A stretch of DNA of 64,000 nt from Chiloscyllium plagiosum (GCF_004010195.1 NC_057751.1:3956961-4020960); one strand, 5' to 3'; shown: positions 1-13,460, counted from the stretch's first letter. Translations and numbers: made by a program. Notes: a model not told the origin generated them from the sequence alone.

Positions 1-263
1 AACAGAGTGTTATAAGGGGACATAAATTTAAGGTGAAGGGTGGAAGGTATAGGGGGGATGTCAGGTATAGGTTTTTTACCAGAGAGTGGTGGGGGCATGG
101 AATGCGCTGCCTGTGGGAGTGGCAGAGTCAGAATCATTGGTGACCTTTAAGCGGCAATTGGATAGGTACATGGATAGGTGCTTAAGCTAGGACAAATGTT
201 CGGCACAACATCGTGGGCCGAAGGGCCTGTTCTGTGCTGTATTGTTCTATGTTCTATGTTCTA
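1..263 (+). mobile_element. CR1/HER1-type LINE 3' end
   Basis: Encodes RGHKFKVKGGRYRGDVR..FFT...WNALP, the CR1 ORF2 C-terminus, followed by 3' UTR and a (TTCTATG)n tail at 244-263. Confidence 0.9.
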
Positions 264-1385
264 TTAGCAAGACTATGGGTCTGACGGTGGCTCCTGGTTT
301 GTGAATTTTGGGTAATCTGTAAATGCGTGGTGTGTTGGATCCATCTGGTTTCATTTTTTCTAAGTTAGTTTTATTTATTTCTCCAGATTTCTGAAGTTTT
401 TTTTGAGTAGGGCTATGATTCGGTTCTGTAGTTGTGGGGTCAGATCTGTCGCCAATTGTTGGTAAGTGTTGGAAGCTGCAAATAGTGCATTCGCTTTCTC
501 AATGTAGTCTCTGATTTAAAATGACTTTCAAGCGTCCCTTGTCTGCAGATAGGTTAACAATGTTTTTATCTTCTTTTAGTCTTTCTAGTGCTTTCCTTTC
601 TTGTACATTGAGTGTGTTTCCTTCCTTTTTCCTGCTTAACATTGATGCGACTGTCTGATGGTTTCTTGGGTTTCTTTTGTGAGCTGGTTGCCTTTCAGTG
701 TTGTTTCTCATGCTGCTAAGAAATCTTTCTTGACGCATCCTGGACGTTGTAATTTAATCCTCTTACTACGACAGCTTTTTCAGTGTCTGTTAAGGGTCAG
801 TCAGATATGTTTTTCATCCATGCTTCTTGTGCTGTCTGTATGGTTATTTTTGTGTAAGTTTGTCTAGCTTTTTTTCTGCAGATCTAGTTTGTTTTATTTT
901 CTGTTTTTGTTGCTGTTTAATGTCTATGGCTTGTTGTATTGTGTCTGTCCATTCATGGTCTGTTGCATCAGTGAGTAAAGAATTTAATGCGAAACTTCCC
1001 AGTTGTATTTACGGGGTCTGTTGTGGGTATCATTAATTTTCTCTCTGCGGCCGTTCGGCTCTGCTATTCTTTTGGCTAGTGGGGTGTTGAGGGGAGGTTT
1101 GCATTTCAGACATTTAGGTAGTACCTATTTCCTCAGGCATTCGTGCAGGAAGTACAGCTGTTTGTGGGTGGCGCTCTGTTGGATGGCATTGGTTTCCCAT
1201 TTTCAGGCCATGTTTTAGCGTATTGCACCCATAGGTGTTAACAAATTTTGAGAAGATTTGTAGCTCAGGTTGAGGTTCTGGATGTATGTTTGCTCGCTAA
1301 GCTGGAAGGTTCATTTTCAGTCGTCTGAACATTCAGATATCCAGAACCTCAACCTGAGCCACAAATCTTTTCAAAACTCGCTAAC
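264..1385 (-). mobile_element. Penelope-like retroelement, 5' part with inverted terminal segment
   Basis: Minus-strand ERKALERLKEDKNIVNLSADKG (ORF 499-738) and PRIYRLPKIHKPGATVRPIV (~270-330) are PLE RT N-terminal motifs; inverted repeat 1246-1289 / 1336-1378. Confidence 0.85.
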
Positions 1386-1439
1386 AAAATCAGCCTTCCA
1401 CCAAATTACAACCCACTTTTTCATAACTAACTTATAGTT

Positions 1440-1790
1440 TTGTAGAATACCTACACTGTGGAAATAGGTCATTTGGCCCAACAAGTCCATACTGATCCTC
1501 CAAAGAGTAACCCATCCAGGCCCATTCCTCTTCCCTATTACTCTACATTTACCCCGACTAATGCACCTAACCTACACATTCCGAAACACTATGGGCAGTT
1601 TAGCATGGCCAATTCACCTAACCCACACATCTATGGACTGTGTGAAGAAACCAGAGCACCTGGAGGAAACCCACGCAGACACGGAGAGAACATGCAAACT
1701 CCACACAAACAGTTGCCTGAGGCTGGAATCAAACCAAGTCCCTGGCGCTGTTAAGCAGCAGTGTTAAGCACTGAGCTACTATGTTGTGCT
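1440..1790 (-). mobile_element. HE1-type tRNA-derived SINE (V-SINE) with CR1/HER1-like tail
   Basis: Reverse complement has a tRNA-like head (TAGCTCAGTG...GTTTGATTCC), the V-domain GTGTGGAGTTTGCATGTTCTCTCCGTGTCTGCGTGGGTTTCCTCC, and a LINE-derived 3' tail. Confidence 0.85.
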
Positions 1791-1904
1791 CACTATCACT
1801 AAAATACTGTCACCTCAAATACACATCTGGCTTCGTTCCCTGATTTGTACTGACTTTGTGGGAAAATCTTGATATAAAATCTCTCGATTAAATTTCAAGA
1901 AATA

Positions 1905-2290
1905 ATCATAGCCATAGCCATAGTCATAGAGATGTACAGCATGGAAACAGACCCTTCGGTCCAACCCGTCCATGCCAACCAGATATCCCAACCCAATCTA
2001 GTCCCACCTGCCAGCACCCGGCCCATATCCCTCCAAACCCTTCCTATTCATATACCCATCCAAATGCCTCTTAAATGTTGCAATTTTACCAGCCTCCACC
2101 ACTTCCTCTGGCAGCTCATTCCATACACATACCACCCTCTGTGAGAAGAAGTTGCCCCCTAGGTCTCTTTTATATCATTCCCCTCTCAGCCTAAACCTAT
2201 GCCCTCTAGTTCTGGACTCCCTGACCCCAGGGAAAAGACTTTGTCTATTTACCCTGTCCATGCACCTCAATTTTGTAAATCTGCCCTCTC
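1905..2290 (-). mobile_element. CR1 LINE 3' end
   Basis: CR1 3' sequence with a (CTATGA/CTATGG)n tail at 1907-1930. Confidence 0.85.
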
Positions 2291-2689
2291 CAAACGCTTT
2301 ACACTGTGATGAGCCCAATTAATCTTGGGATTGTTGAAATCCCCTCATATAATTACCCAATTATTAATTTTTCATGCCTCAATATATTGACTGCACATTT
2401 GCTCTTCCATTGTCAGGTGACTGTTTGGGGACCGACAATGCCCCATTTTGAACACTGAATGCCCCATTTTTATTCATTAGGTCTTCCTACAAAGCCTCTT
2501 TGATGACCCTTTGAAGTTATCACCCCTCTTTACTGCAGTAACTGACTCCTTCATTAATAATGGGACATGATCTCTCTTACACTCTCCCCGAAAGATCCTA
2601 TACCCCAAACATTGAGTTGCCAGTCGTGCCCCTCCCTCATCCATCTCTGTGACAGCAACAAGATCACAATTTCAGGTGTCTATCTCACT

Positions 2690-4790
2690 GAAATATTCCC
2701 GGTTTGAAAGTAGAGGCCCTCCAGCCCAATGGCAGGACAGATCCAGCAGAAGTGGCGGCTCAGTGATATACAGTCGGAAGTTGTCCAGGTCGTCCTCAAT
2801 GTTTTCTACAAACATGGGCAAAGAAACCTCCTGCAGGTCACCACATATTGTCCTCCCTCAGCTGAGGATTCTGTCCTCCTCTGTGTTGAACAACGCTTGG
2901 AGGAGCATAGAAGATGGCAAGAATGCAGAATGTACTCTGGGTGGGGAGTTTCAAAATCCCACCATGGGTCTGTGGCAGTTGGTGAGGGAACCAAGAAGAG
3001 AGAAAAACATACATGACCTCATCCTTCCCAATCTGCAGGCTGCAGGTACACCTGTCCATTACTACCATAAAAGAGTGACCATCACACAGTCCTTATGATA
3101 ATGCCTTACATCGTATTGTGTGGCACAATCAATGTGCAAAATGGGAGACTGACTTCAAACAGATATACCAATTTAGACTGGGCATTCATTTAGTGAGTCG
3201 GCCATCAGCAGCAACAGAACTGCACTCCAACACAATCTGCTACCTCATGGCCCAGCATACCATTCCTATTAGAAGAGGATCAACCCTGATTGAATAAAGA
3301 ATGCCAGGTGCAGAAACAAGGAAACAAAAAATAAGGTATCAACCTGGTGAAGCTGTAAAACACGACTACTTTCATACCAAACAGCATAAAACAACACGTG
3401 ATTGACAGCTAAGCGGGCCCACAATCAACGGATCAGATTAGAACTCCAATTGTGATTGGAGTTGGATAGTGAAGCAACTGAGTGGAGAATGAGGGTTCAC
3501 AAATATCCCTATCCTGATCAATGGAAGAGCCCAGGACATCAGTACAAAACATAAGGCTGAAGCATTCACAAAAATATTCAATCAGAAGTGGTCAGTGAAT
3601 TATCCATCTCAGCCTCCTCCAGAGGTCTTTAGTACCACTGATATCAGTCTTCAAGCAATTCAGTTCATTCCACATGCTATCAAGGAACAATTGGAGGCAC
3701 TGAATACTGCAATGGGATGTGACAACATTCCAGCAACAGTACTGAAAGCATCCTCTAAAACTAGCTGCACCCCTGGCAAAGGAATAGCAATACAACTACA
3801 AAACTGGCATCTTCTCAATAACTGGAAAAGTGCCCAAGTATGTCCGGTATACAAAAGGCTGGACAAATCCAATGTAGTCAATTAACACACCATGAGTCTC
3901 CTCTTGATCATCACGGAAGATGACACCAACAGTGCTGTCAAGCAGCACTTGCTTTGCAACAATCTGCTCATTGACACCCAGTTTGGGTTTCAGCAGGGCC
4001 ACAGTTCCTGACCTCATTACAGACTTGGTTCAAGCACAGACAAAAGAACTGAAGTACAGAGGTGAGGTGAAAGTGACTGCCGTTGACATCAAGGTTGCAT
4101 TTGACCAAGTGTGGCATCAGTGAGCCCAAGAAAAACTGGTGTCAGTGAGAACCAGAGGAAAAACTCTCTCCTGGCTGGATTCAGTACAGAGGGAGATGGT
4201 TGTGGTTATTGAAAGTCAATCATCACAGATCCAGGACATCTTTGTAAAAGTTCCTAGGCAGTGTCCTCGGCCCAACAATCTTCAGCTGCTTCATCAACAA
4301 TGTCCCCTCCATCATCAGATCAGAAATAGGGATATTCACCAATGATTTCAGAATGTTCAGCAACATTCCAAACTCCTCAGATACTGAAGCAGTCCATGTT
4401 TAAATGCAACAAGACCTGGATAACATCCAGACTTGAGCTGAAAAGTGGCAAATAATATTGACATCACACGAATGTCACGCAATGACCGCATTCGATAAGA
4501 GACAATAGAGCCATTGTTCATGACATTCAATGTTGTTACCATTACTCAATCTCCCACTGTCAACACCTTGGGAGTTACTATTGACCAGAAACTCAATTTG
4601 ACTTGCCACATAAATACAGTCACAACAGAGCTGGTCAGAGGTGAGGAATCCTACAATGAACACCTCACTTCCTGACACCCCAAAGCCTGCGCTTCTACAA
4701 AGATCAAGTCAGGAATGTGAAGAAATACTCCCCACTTTACTGATCAATTGCAGCTCCAAAAACACTCAAGGAAGCATTACACCACCTGGA
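2690..4790 (+). mobile_element. Degenerate CR1-superfamily LINE ORF2 (EN + RT), older family
   Basis: TTYCPPS (EN), WKSAQVCPVYK, AVDIKVAFDQVWHQ (RT); many stops and frameshifts. Confidence 0.8.
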
Positions 4791-4914
4791 CTGAACAGTT
4801 TTAGTCAGAAAGCGAGATGGATGGATTGGGACGAAAACACAATAAACTCAGCTGGTCTGGTAACACCTAGAGAAAGGAAGTAGAGTTAATGTTTGAGTCC
4901 AGTGACTCTTCATG

Positions 4915-5625
4915 AGAAGGAGAGAATTCAGAAAAGATTTATAAGGATATTGCCGAGACTGGAGGGTTTGAGTTGAAGGAGAGGCTGAACAGGTTGGAAT
5001 TTTTTCACTGCAGCATAGGAGGTTGAGAAGTGACTTTATAGAGATTTATAAAATCATTGGGGGGGGGGGGTGGCAACAGAGAAAAGGTGAATACCGAATG
5101 TCTTTTTCCTCAGATAGAGAAGTTCAAAACTGGAGGGCACATTTTCAAGATGAGAGGAGAAAGATTTAAAAGGAACCTGCGGGGCAACGTTTTCACACAA
5201 ACAGTGTGAAATAACAGCACAGAGCATGGTATCCTGACACCAAGTCACCCTTTACTTACTTATGCACAGTACACTGGTTGTGACCAGCTAACTCGGAGTC
5301 AGTCCCCTGACTGAGGAAATTCTGAATTTCCTGTTGATATTGGTAAGCCAGGACTTTCCTGATTGGCCTGGATAAACAATCTCAATCAAGGATCCCGTAG
5401 TCAGTACGGTCAATCCAGTTCCAATCACTGTAGGTTGGTTTATATGTGGAATGACCTGCCAAAGGAAGTGGTGGATGCAAAAATAGTTATAACATTTAAA
5501 TAACGTTAGGACAGCTACCTGAATCAGAAAGGTTTGGATGGATAAGGACCAAACTGATGCAAATGGCACAACCTTGATTATGAAAGGTCTGTTCCATGCT
5601 GTGTGATTCTGACTCTGACTCTGTG
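4915..5625 (+). mobile_element. CR1 LINE 3' end interrupted by a solo LTR
   Basis: CR1 C-terminal and 3' UTR sequence resumes on both sides of 5207-5432. Confidence 0.8.
5207..5432 (-). mobile_element. Short solo LTR (Gypsy-like)
   Basis: ~225-bp insert splitting a CR1; minus strand ends ...TAAAGGGTGACTTGGTG...GTTATTTCA; the other end and the TSD are degenerate. Confidence 0.6.
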
Positions 5626-5959
5626 ATACTCAAGTTTTTTTGCTATGTCACTTGTTAAGCGTCATCTGCTTTCTGGACATGTCATTCACAGAACTGAATG
5701 CTCATGAAACATATTTACTGAATGGTCTGTCTCTGATATTTTGTGTAAAGATGTAGTTTTATGCATCCTCAATTCATTTTATTTCAGACTTAATCTGGTT
5801 TTGGCCTCGTGAATCCTTCCATGAATTTAGCCATTGTAATGGACCTTGCAATACATCATGATTGTTCACCTTCTTATACAAATTATAATGTACCAATGGC
5901 ACAGGTCTTAATAGCTCAAAAAGCAAACAATATCTCCTCTCAACCTCTCTGATGAAATT

Positions 5960-6185
5960 GATATAGTATACCTTCTGAGAAAAGAACAGGAAGTGACATC
6001 ATCAACCCAAGGAAACCTAAGCATATAAATAGAAAGCGGGTCACTAACACCTGTGCTTCACTGCAGGCTCACTGAAATGTCACCTAGTATGGTAACAAAA
6101 CATCTAAAAATGAGCCTTCCAGCTTAGTGAGCAAACTTACATCCAGAACTTCAACCTGAGATATAAATCTTCTCAAAACTCGTTA
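5960..6185 (+). mobile_element. Penelope-like pseudo-LTR fragment
   Basis: Similar to 1246-1385 (CCAGAAC.TCAACCTGAG..A.AAATCTT.TCAAAACTCG); decayed hammerhead-like core near 6072-6102. Confidence 0.7.
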
Positions 6186-6429
6186 TTAGTGTACGTTTTT
6201 GAAAGAATGTTGCAAACTGATTGCACTAAGTCTCAGGATTCAGTTAAGATTCAGTTAAAAAAATTGCTCAAGATTTTTTTCTTGCATATTTCATTGTTTC
6301 AGACTCTTGACTTCTCAGTATGCGAAGGCATTCACTGCTCTTGATCTAAATGTGGGAGCAAGCCAAATAATAAAAATGCATATAAAATAAAAATCAGTCA
6401 ACATGTCCAGCCAGGGTCAAATATTTTGG

Positions 6430-6870
6430 TTCGCCCCTTGAGGACATATGGAGACAATTTACCAGAATGTGCATTTTAGCTATAAAATTAGCTTGGAGAA
6501 GCTGGGTTTGTTTTCCTTGGAACAAAGAAGATTTAGGGCAGTCTGATAGGTTCAAAATTATGGCAAATTTAAGAGCCTGACTGATGGTACAAGGAAGGCA
6601 TACAAGTTTAATGTTTTAGGCAATAAATATATGGGGAAGCAGATTTTTATACAATAAGTGGAAATATCTTGGGACTACGTTAGTGGTGAAAGTGGAGATA
6701 ATGATTTTTAAAATGGTGTTTGATTCATTTGAGACACTTGAGGGACAGAGACAGCGGGGCAAACGTGATAATAGGGGGTAATGGGACAGACTAGATTGCT
6801 GTGCTGAAAGCTCATTTGGACTTGATGGACTGAGTGCTCCCCTTCAATGCCATAATGATTCGATGACTTA
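6430..6870 (+). mobile_element. Old CR1 3' end
   Basis: Degenerate LEKLGLFSLEQRR..G.LI motif and CR1-like 3' UTR. Confidence 0.6.
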
Positions 6871-8049
6871 AGCTTACATTTATCCTTCCACTGGTGTCGC
6901 AGCTTTTACTCAGATAAGAGTATCAGAAATGACAGAATCTGTATAAACAAATGCTCAGAAAAGTGTATCAAATGTCAAAAAATCGAAATTGAATCAATTC
7001 GAATACTTAAAAATATAATCTTTGACATAAAGTGTCATAACTAAATTGCAAGAAATTGAAAATCTATCAATAAAAATACATATGAACTGAACGAGTCACA
7101 TGGATTTTTCTTTTTCTTTCCAGAAATCTTCCATTCCAAATTTTCTTTCTGACACATGTAACTATTCAAGGTAGAAAGTTACATTTCTAACATTCGAAAA
7201 TGACCTGATATTGAAATATTAAGCTGATAATGAACTGGGTATTAGGTATCTCTCTTCCAACAATGAGCAATGCCATAGAAGATCAGTTTGTCTAATAATT
7301 TTCACAGACTTTTCAGTTTTCAGTATTTTACACATAACAAAATATTGAATGTGATTATGAAATAACATTTCGATTGAAGCTTCAGATGAAAATTCATAAT
7401 CAAAAAGATTAATGATTGCCTATCAGGTTTTTGACCTTGTTGACAACAGAACATTTGATGAGGGTTATGAATGTGTATTAAAAATTGAACATCAATATCA
7501 AATTTTATTCACTGCTGAGAGTTATTTCTTCAACTTGAGAAGCTTTGTTCGAGTAACATTACATCTCAGTTTTTGAATATCTTGAAAGTTCATTTTGAAA
7601 CCATACCATGCCTGGAATACGGTGAAAACAGATTGAGTTGGCTTTTGGATGAAAAAGAAAACAAAAAAAAACATTTGTTTCACTCATTTCACCTACAAGT
7701 AATTATACATCATTTTACAATTCTATCTGTAAGGAAAATGCATGATCTTCAGGTCATTCTTCTGGAATGCTGTATTTGCGTTCCAGCAAAACCTCGCCTC
7801 ATAGAAAATTACTAAATATAAATAATGGAGCTGATGAAAAAAGTGGGGTTGGGGCTGACCAGCTAAAAATATCATTTACAATTATTAAAAAATTATCCAA
7901 AAGTCTAACACGATGTACAGCACAGCCTGAATGAAGGTTGAAACCATGTGCATTCATGAAACAAAAGTAAATTGAACACAGTACATTTAAAAAAAGTAAG
8001 AAAGCTGCTCTCTGTACAGTACATCTCACAGAAAGCTGCTCGATTGGCA

Positions 8050-8350
8050 GCTGACATCAGCACATGCGCAGGATGACACAAAGACCAGTGTGGACATTGT
8101 TGCATGCACAGAGCAGCGTGGAGACTCCGCTGCGAACATCAGTACATGCAAGAACGGTGCAGAGACTTCGATACATGCGCAGAACGGCACAAAGACAGAT
8201 ACTGACATAGTGCATGTGCGGAAGGGCAGACATTTTTACGTGTGCAGAACGGTGCAGAACGGAGCAGAGACTCTGGCCTGGACATCGGCGCATGTCCAGA
8301 ATGGCACAGAGACATGAACACAGGCATCAGCACATGCGCAGAACAAAGGG
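8050..8350. repeat. Degenerate ~40-bp tandem array, core GACATCAGCACATGCGCAGAACGGCACAGAGAC (~8 units)
   Basis: CATGCGCAG-like cores at about 8063, 8103, 8145, 8174, 8213, 8239, 8291 and 8333. Confidence 0.75.
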
Positions 8351-8876
8351 CACAAACTGATCCCAGCTGAAATTGCACTATTGCGAATTGAGGCAAGTGT
8401 TCTCGAAAATACCATTCCGTAATTCTTCAGCAACGTTATAGCCAAAGTGCACGGCCAAAACGCACGTTATCTCACAACTACTTGTACTTCCAAGCCTCAG
8501 TCAATGTGATTCGAAGCCAGCAACGAGGAAGTTACACAAAAACTGACTCAAAGCAGTTTTCTTTTTCAGCACCTCCCTTCCATGGGCCAAGTAAATTTGT
8601 GAGCAAAAGTGAATGGGTATTTGAATGTGTATGTCTGCATACAGTTGTACGGTAAGGGATGACACATATCAAGTCATACCTTAAAGGTGATCACAGACCC
8701 TACCTGACTTCCCCCTTACATTATTAATTTTGTGAAAGAAGAGCGTCTGACAGCAGTTAGTTATGTACAAAAACTTGGCTATTAACATGACTGGATTTGC
8801 ATTCTGGTAACTGTGACGTGATCATTTATTTTACAGTTTGGATTTTAAACTGTTGGAATGTGGGTTTTTGGCCCTT

Positions 8877-9236
8877 AGAACATAGAACATAGAAAGATAC
8901 AGCGCAGTACAGGCCCTTTGGCCCTCGATGTTGTGCCGATCCAAGCCCACCTAACCTACACTAGCCCACTATCCTCCATATACCTATCCAATGCCCGTTT
9001 AAATGCCCATAAAGAGGAGAGTCCACCACTGCTACTGGCAGGGCAGTCCATGAACTCACGACTCGCTGAGTAAAGAATCTACCCCTAACGTCTACCCTAT
9101 ATCTACCACCCCTTAATTTAAAGCTATGCCCCCTCGTAATAGCTGACTCCATACGTGGAAAAAGGTTCTCATGGTCAACTCTATCTAAACCCCTAATTAT
9201 CTTGTACACCTCTATCAAGTCACCCCTAAACCTTCT
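8877..9236 (-). mobile_element. Young CR1 LINE 3' end
   Basis: ORF 8961-9242 RGDLIEVYKIIRGLDRVD...TRGHSFKL...FFTQRVV; (TTCTATG)n tail. Confidence 0.92.
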
Positions 9237-9482
9237 GGTCACTGAAATTGAAACATCAACTCTACTTTCTCTGCACAGACACCGGCAGACCTGCTGGGTT
9301 TCTCCAAAGTTTTTGTTTTTGTTTCATACTTCCAGCATCTGCAGTTCTTTGTATTATTTCAGTTGTTTACAAGTTGAGCATGAGTGTCAGATTACGTGTT
9401 TTCAAAACTGGAGCCACTCTTTCAAACACTGGCCTTTTAAAATAGATCTTTCTAATTTCAGTCCCTAAATTAAAAAAAAGTT

Positions 9483-9750
9483 CAGAGTTTGTGAGAAGAT
9501 TGTAGCTCGGGTGCTCGTTGTTGTGGTTCTGTTCGCCGAGCTGGGAATTTGTGTTGCAAACGTTTCGTCCCCTGTCTCGGTGACATCCTCAGTGCTTGGG
9601 AGCTTCCTGTGAAGCGCTTCTGTGTTGTTTCCTCCAGCATTTATAGTGGTTTGTCTCTGCCGCTTCCGGTTGTCAGTTCCAGCTGTCCGCTGCAGTGGCC
9701 GATATATTGGGTCCAGGTCGATGTGTTTGTTGATAGAATCTGTGGATTCT
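9483..9750 (-). mobile_element. Penelope-like 3' end / pseudo-LTR
   Basis: Minus strand STDSINKHIDLDPIYRPL (PLE C-terminus) followed by a pLTR with a hammerhead. Confidence 0.85.
9556..9595 (-). ncRNA. Minimal type I hammerhead ribozyme (PLE-borne)
   Basis: Minus strand: gca CUGAGGA u GUCACC gagaca GGGGAC GAAA CG UU ugc; core intact, stem I gca/ugc, palindromic ACGU helix III. Confidence 0.7.
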
Positions 9751-10842
9751 ATGTAAACAAAAAGTCCTTCCAAAGTGGCAACTACCTTACTTCCATGCAT
9801 TTGCACCATGGAACTACCTAATCTTGCCACATTTCCCCTCTTTCCTGGGAATATGGTGACAATTCCTGGCATAAAAGCCACATGGTTACCTGGCAGCAAC
9901 ATCTTGCTACTTGCTTCACCAGGTCTTCATCAAACTCCACCCTCCCCACCCTTTCCTCGCAAGTAACTTGTCAGTGTCCTTTTTCATCTTTTGTTCATCA
10001 AAGTGGACATCGTCAAACCTCCGGAACCACCATATCATCTGTTTATCTGCATTCAGTCCAACTCGCACATCACTTCAGCCCTTCAGGATTTCAATTTGGA
10101 TCTCAAAGACACATGGTTTGCATAGTTCTGCTCAGTTGCCACGCATTCAAGGAAGCCCAGGCATTCCATTCACCACACAGATGCATCCACACATGATGTA
10201 TTTTACGAATCAATTTATGATCCTCGCACTCACTCACTTTGCACTTTAAGACAAAAGAAAACAATTTATCTCCTCTGGGTGAGATGGCAGCCCATTGCAT
10301 TTCACACCTGCAGTTCAGAGAAGGATGCAAGGCAACACAGTTACCACTTCACAGATGGAGTTGCAGGGTCAGCCTGTCAATCAGGTGAGCGTATCCAAGC
10401 CCTGCACAGATGTCTGACAAAGCCCTCAAATTATAGTGTTGGTATCCTCTGACTAACTTATTCTGACTAAGTCCGTTGACTTACCTGACTCTTCAGTCTT
10501 TGAGGCATAGCGATTTGGTTGAAGCATATGCAGTGCCATTGAAGTTGCTGCAAGTCTGGCATTGGCATAGTATGGTGCTGAACAGCAACATGTCTGCCCT
10601 CATAACTAATCATTGCTCGCAAGCATGACAGGTTACCTGGTTTTACGTCTGTGCTAAAAGGCAAGGTCGGACAGAAGTACTGTGAGCTTTTTAGTTCTGA
10701 TTGGGAAGAAGGCAGGAGAATGGAGTTGAGAAACATATCAGCCATGTTTGAATGACAGAGCAGGCCCAAATGGGCTGAATTACCTAATTTTGCTCCTACA
10801 TCTTGTGGCCTTATGAATGAGGCTGTAATATGCAAAAGATGG

Positions 10843-11165
10843 AAATGTGTTGCTGGAAAAGCGCAGCAGGTCAGGCAGCATCTAGGGAACAGGAGAATCG
10901 ACGTTTCGGGCATTAGCCCTTCTTCAGGAATGAGGCAAGTTTGTCCAGCAGGCTAAGATAAAAGGTAGGGAGGAGGGACTTGGGGGCGGGGCGTCGGAAA
11001 TGTGATAGGTGGAAAGAGGTCAAGGTGAGGGTGATAGGTGAGACTGGGGTGGGGGCGGAGAGGTCGGGAAGAAGATTGCAGGTTAGGAAGGCGGTGCTGA
11101 ATTTGATGGATTTGACTGAGACAGGCTGGGGGGAGGGGAAATGAGGAAACTGGTGAAATCCGAGT
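10843..11165 (-). mobile_element. Penelope-like 3' pseudo-LTR
   Basis: Near-identical to 57047-57370, and over the overlapping part to the reverse complement of 13259-13460. Confidence 0.85.
10896..10932 (-). ncRNA. Minimal type I hammerhead ribozyme
   Basis: Minus strand: cauuc CUGAAGA A GGGC UAAU GCCC GAAA CG UC gauu. Confidence 0.75.
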
Positions 11166-12410
11166 TAAAGAGTTCACAGATAGAAACTGATAAATTTGGA
11201 GAAAGGACCAGATTATGGCAAATGGAGTTTAATGTGGAAAAGTGTATGATTGTTCATTTTATGGGAAAAATATCAGGCAAGTTATTGTTAAAATGAGATG
11301 CAGATTCCAAGTGTGTCTGTGCAGTGGGATCTGGGCTTCTTTGTGCATGAATTGCACAAAGTGGGAATGCAGATGCAGCTTATAATAAGAAAGGCAAATG
11401 GAACTTTGGCATTTAATGCAAAAGGACTAGATTATTAAAGTAAAGAAGTTTGTTACAATTATAGAAGGCAGTGGAGAGACCACACGTGGAATACTGTGTC
11501 CATTTTTGGCTCCTTACTTGATGTGGTGGCACTGGAGGCAGTTTTGCAGAGCTTCACAAGGTTGATTCCAGGGATAGAAAGGCTGTCATATGAGCAGCAG
11601 TTTACTCGCTCGACTTGTACTCAATGGAGTTCAGAAGAATGAAGGGGGGTAGTATCTGATTGAAGGATATAACATGAAAAAGGGGACTGATAAGTTGGAC
11701 ACTGAACAGAGGTCCCTTTCTTGTGGGACAGACTTGAAGAAGTATGTGTGTGAGAGGAGGCAGGTTCAAAACAGAGATGAGGAGAAACGACTTCTCTTGG
11801 AGGTTCGTGAATCTGTGGAACTCACTGATCCAGAAAGCAGTAGAGGCAGAATCAATCAGCAGATTCAAGAAAGAAATCAAGATGTTTCTGATAAAAAGCA
11901 GGAGAAAGTGCTATTGGAACCAGGCAAGAAAGTGGAGTCAAGAGCAAGAGAACAACTCACTATAATGCTGAATGGTAAAATGGGTTTGAAGGGCTGAATT
12001 GCCTACTTCCACTCCTAAACATGGAAGATTCTTAGATGACTTGACTGGATAGATGCAAAGAGGCTATTTCCCCTTGTTAGACAGTCTTCCCATGCTGGGA
12101 GATCGAGGACTAGAGAGTATAATCTCAGAATAAGAGGTCATCCTGTTTGAACAGAGATGAGGAAGAATTCCTTCTCTCTGAGGGCAGTGAGTCTATGAAA
12201 TTCATTACCACAAAAGCTTCTAAGGCTGCGTTGTTAAGCATACTCAAGGCTGAGACAGACAGGCTTTTAACAGTGACTGAATTGAGAGTTATGGGAAAAA
12301 GGCAGAGAAGCAGAGTTGAGGATTATCAGATCAGCTATCATTTCAATGAATGACACAGCAGACCCAATAGGATGAATGGCCTACTTCTACTCCAATGAAT
12401 TACGACCTAA
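11165..12410 (+). mobile_element. Two tandem degenerate CR1 3' portions
   Basis: WQMEFNVEKC, RPHVEYCVHFW, FKTEMRRNDFSWRFVNLWNSL; a second 3' end from ~12020. Confidence 0.8.
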
Positions 12411-12639
12411 TTGTTCTCCAACTACTTTATCAAACCTCTTCAGATCAACATGCACCCTGTGCAGTCTTGAACGTTCTCAGGTTGATTTCCAACAGGACAA
12501 CCATCTTTGCTAACCATGATGAACAGGATTTTTAAAAAGGACATAGAGCACCACATAATCTAAACAGATGACTCCTTATTCAAAACATCTTCCCTGAAAT
12601 CAATGAAGTTAAGATAAGATCGTTAATCTGCAATATTAC

Positions 12640-13460
12640 ATGGTCGACGATGCCCTCCACTGCATCTCTTCCACTTCCCGCTCCTCCGCCCTTGAACCCC
12701 GCCCTCCAACCGCCAACAGGACAGAACCCCACTGGTCCTCACCTACCACCCCACCAACCTCCATGTACAACATATCATCCGCCGTCATTTCCGCCACCTC
12801 CAAACGGAACCCACCACCAGGGATATATTTCCCTCCCCTCCCCTATCAGCGTTCCGAAAAGACCACTCCCTCCGTGACTCCCTCNNNNNNNNNNNNNNNN
12901 NNNNNNNNNNNNNNNNNNNNNNNNNNNNNNNNNNNNNNNNNNNNNNNNNNNNNNNNNNNNNNNNNNNNNNNNNNNNNNNNNNNNNNNNNNNNNNNNNNNN
13001 NNNNNNNNNNNNNNNNNNNNNNNNNNNNNNNNNNNNNNNNNNNNNNNNNNNNNNNNNNNNNNNNNNNNNNNNNNNNNNNNNNNNNNNNNNNNNNNNNNNN
13101 NNNNNNNNNNNNNNNNNNNNNNNNNNNNNNNNNNNNNNNNNNNNNNNNNNNNNNNNNNNNNNNNNNNNNNNNNNNNNNNNNNNNNNNNNNNNNNNNNNNN
13201 NNNNNNNNNNNNNNNNNNNNNNNNNNNNNNNNNNNNNNNNNNNNNNNNNNNNNNNNNNCATTTCCAACGCCCCTCCCCCAAGTCCCTGCTCCCTCCCTTT
13301 TATCTTAGCCTGCTGGACACACTTTCCTCATTCCTGAAGAAGGGCTTATGCCTGAAACGTCGATTCTCCTGTTCCTTGGATGCTGCATGACCTGCTGCGC
13401 TTTTCCAGCAACACATTTTCAGCTCTGATCTCCAGCATCTGCAGACCTCACTTTCTCCTC
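12640..13460 (+). mobile_element. Penelope-like element (RT-GIY linker, gap, 3' pLTR with hammerhead at 13331-13365)
   Basis: Encodes PLVLTYHPTNLHVQHIIRRHFRHLQ; CTGAAGAAGGGCTTATGCCTGAAACGTC at 13334-13361; possible TSD AATATTA. Confidence 0.85.
12885..13258. other. Assembly gap (N run)
   Basis: Run of N. Confidence 1.

Noticed and set aside
8050..8350. Repeat array as CRISPR-like
   Set aside because: Vertebrate context; degenerate repeats with irregular short spacing; no cas genes
12640..13308. Long ORFs spanning N runs (also 37596-38463)
   Set aside because: Artefacts of translating through assembly gaps
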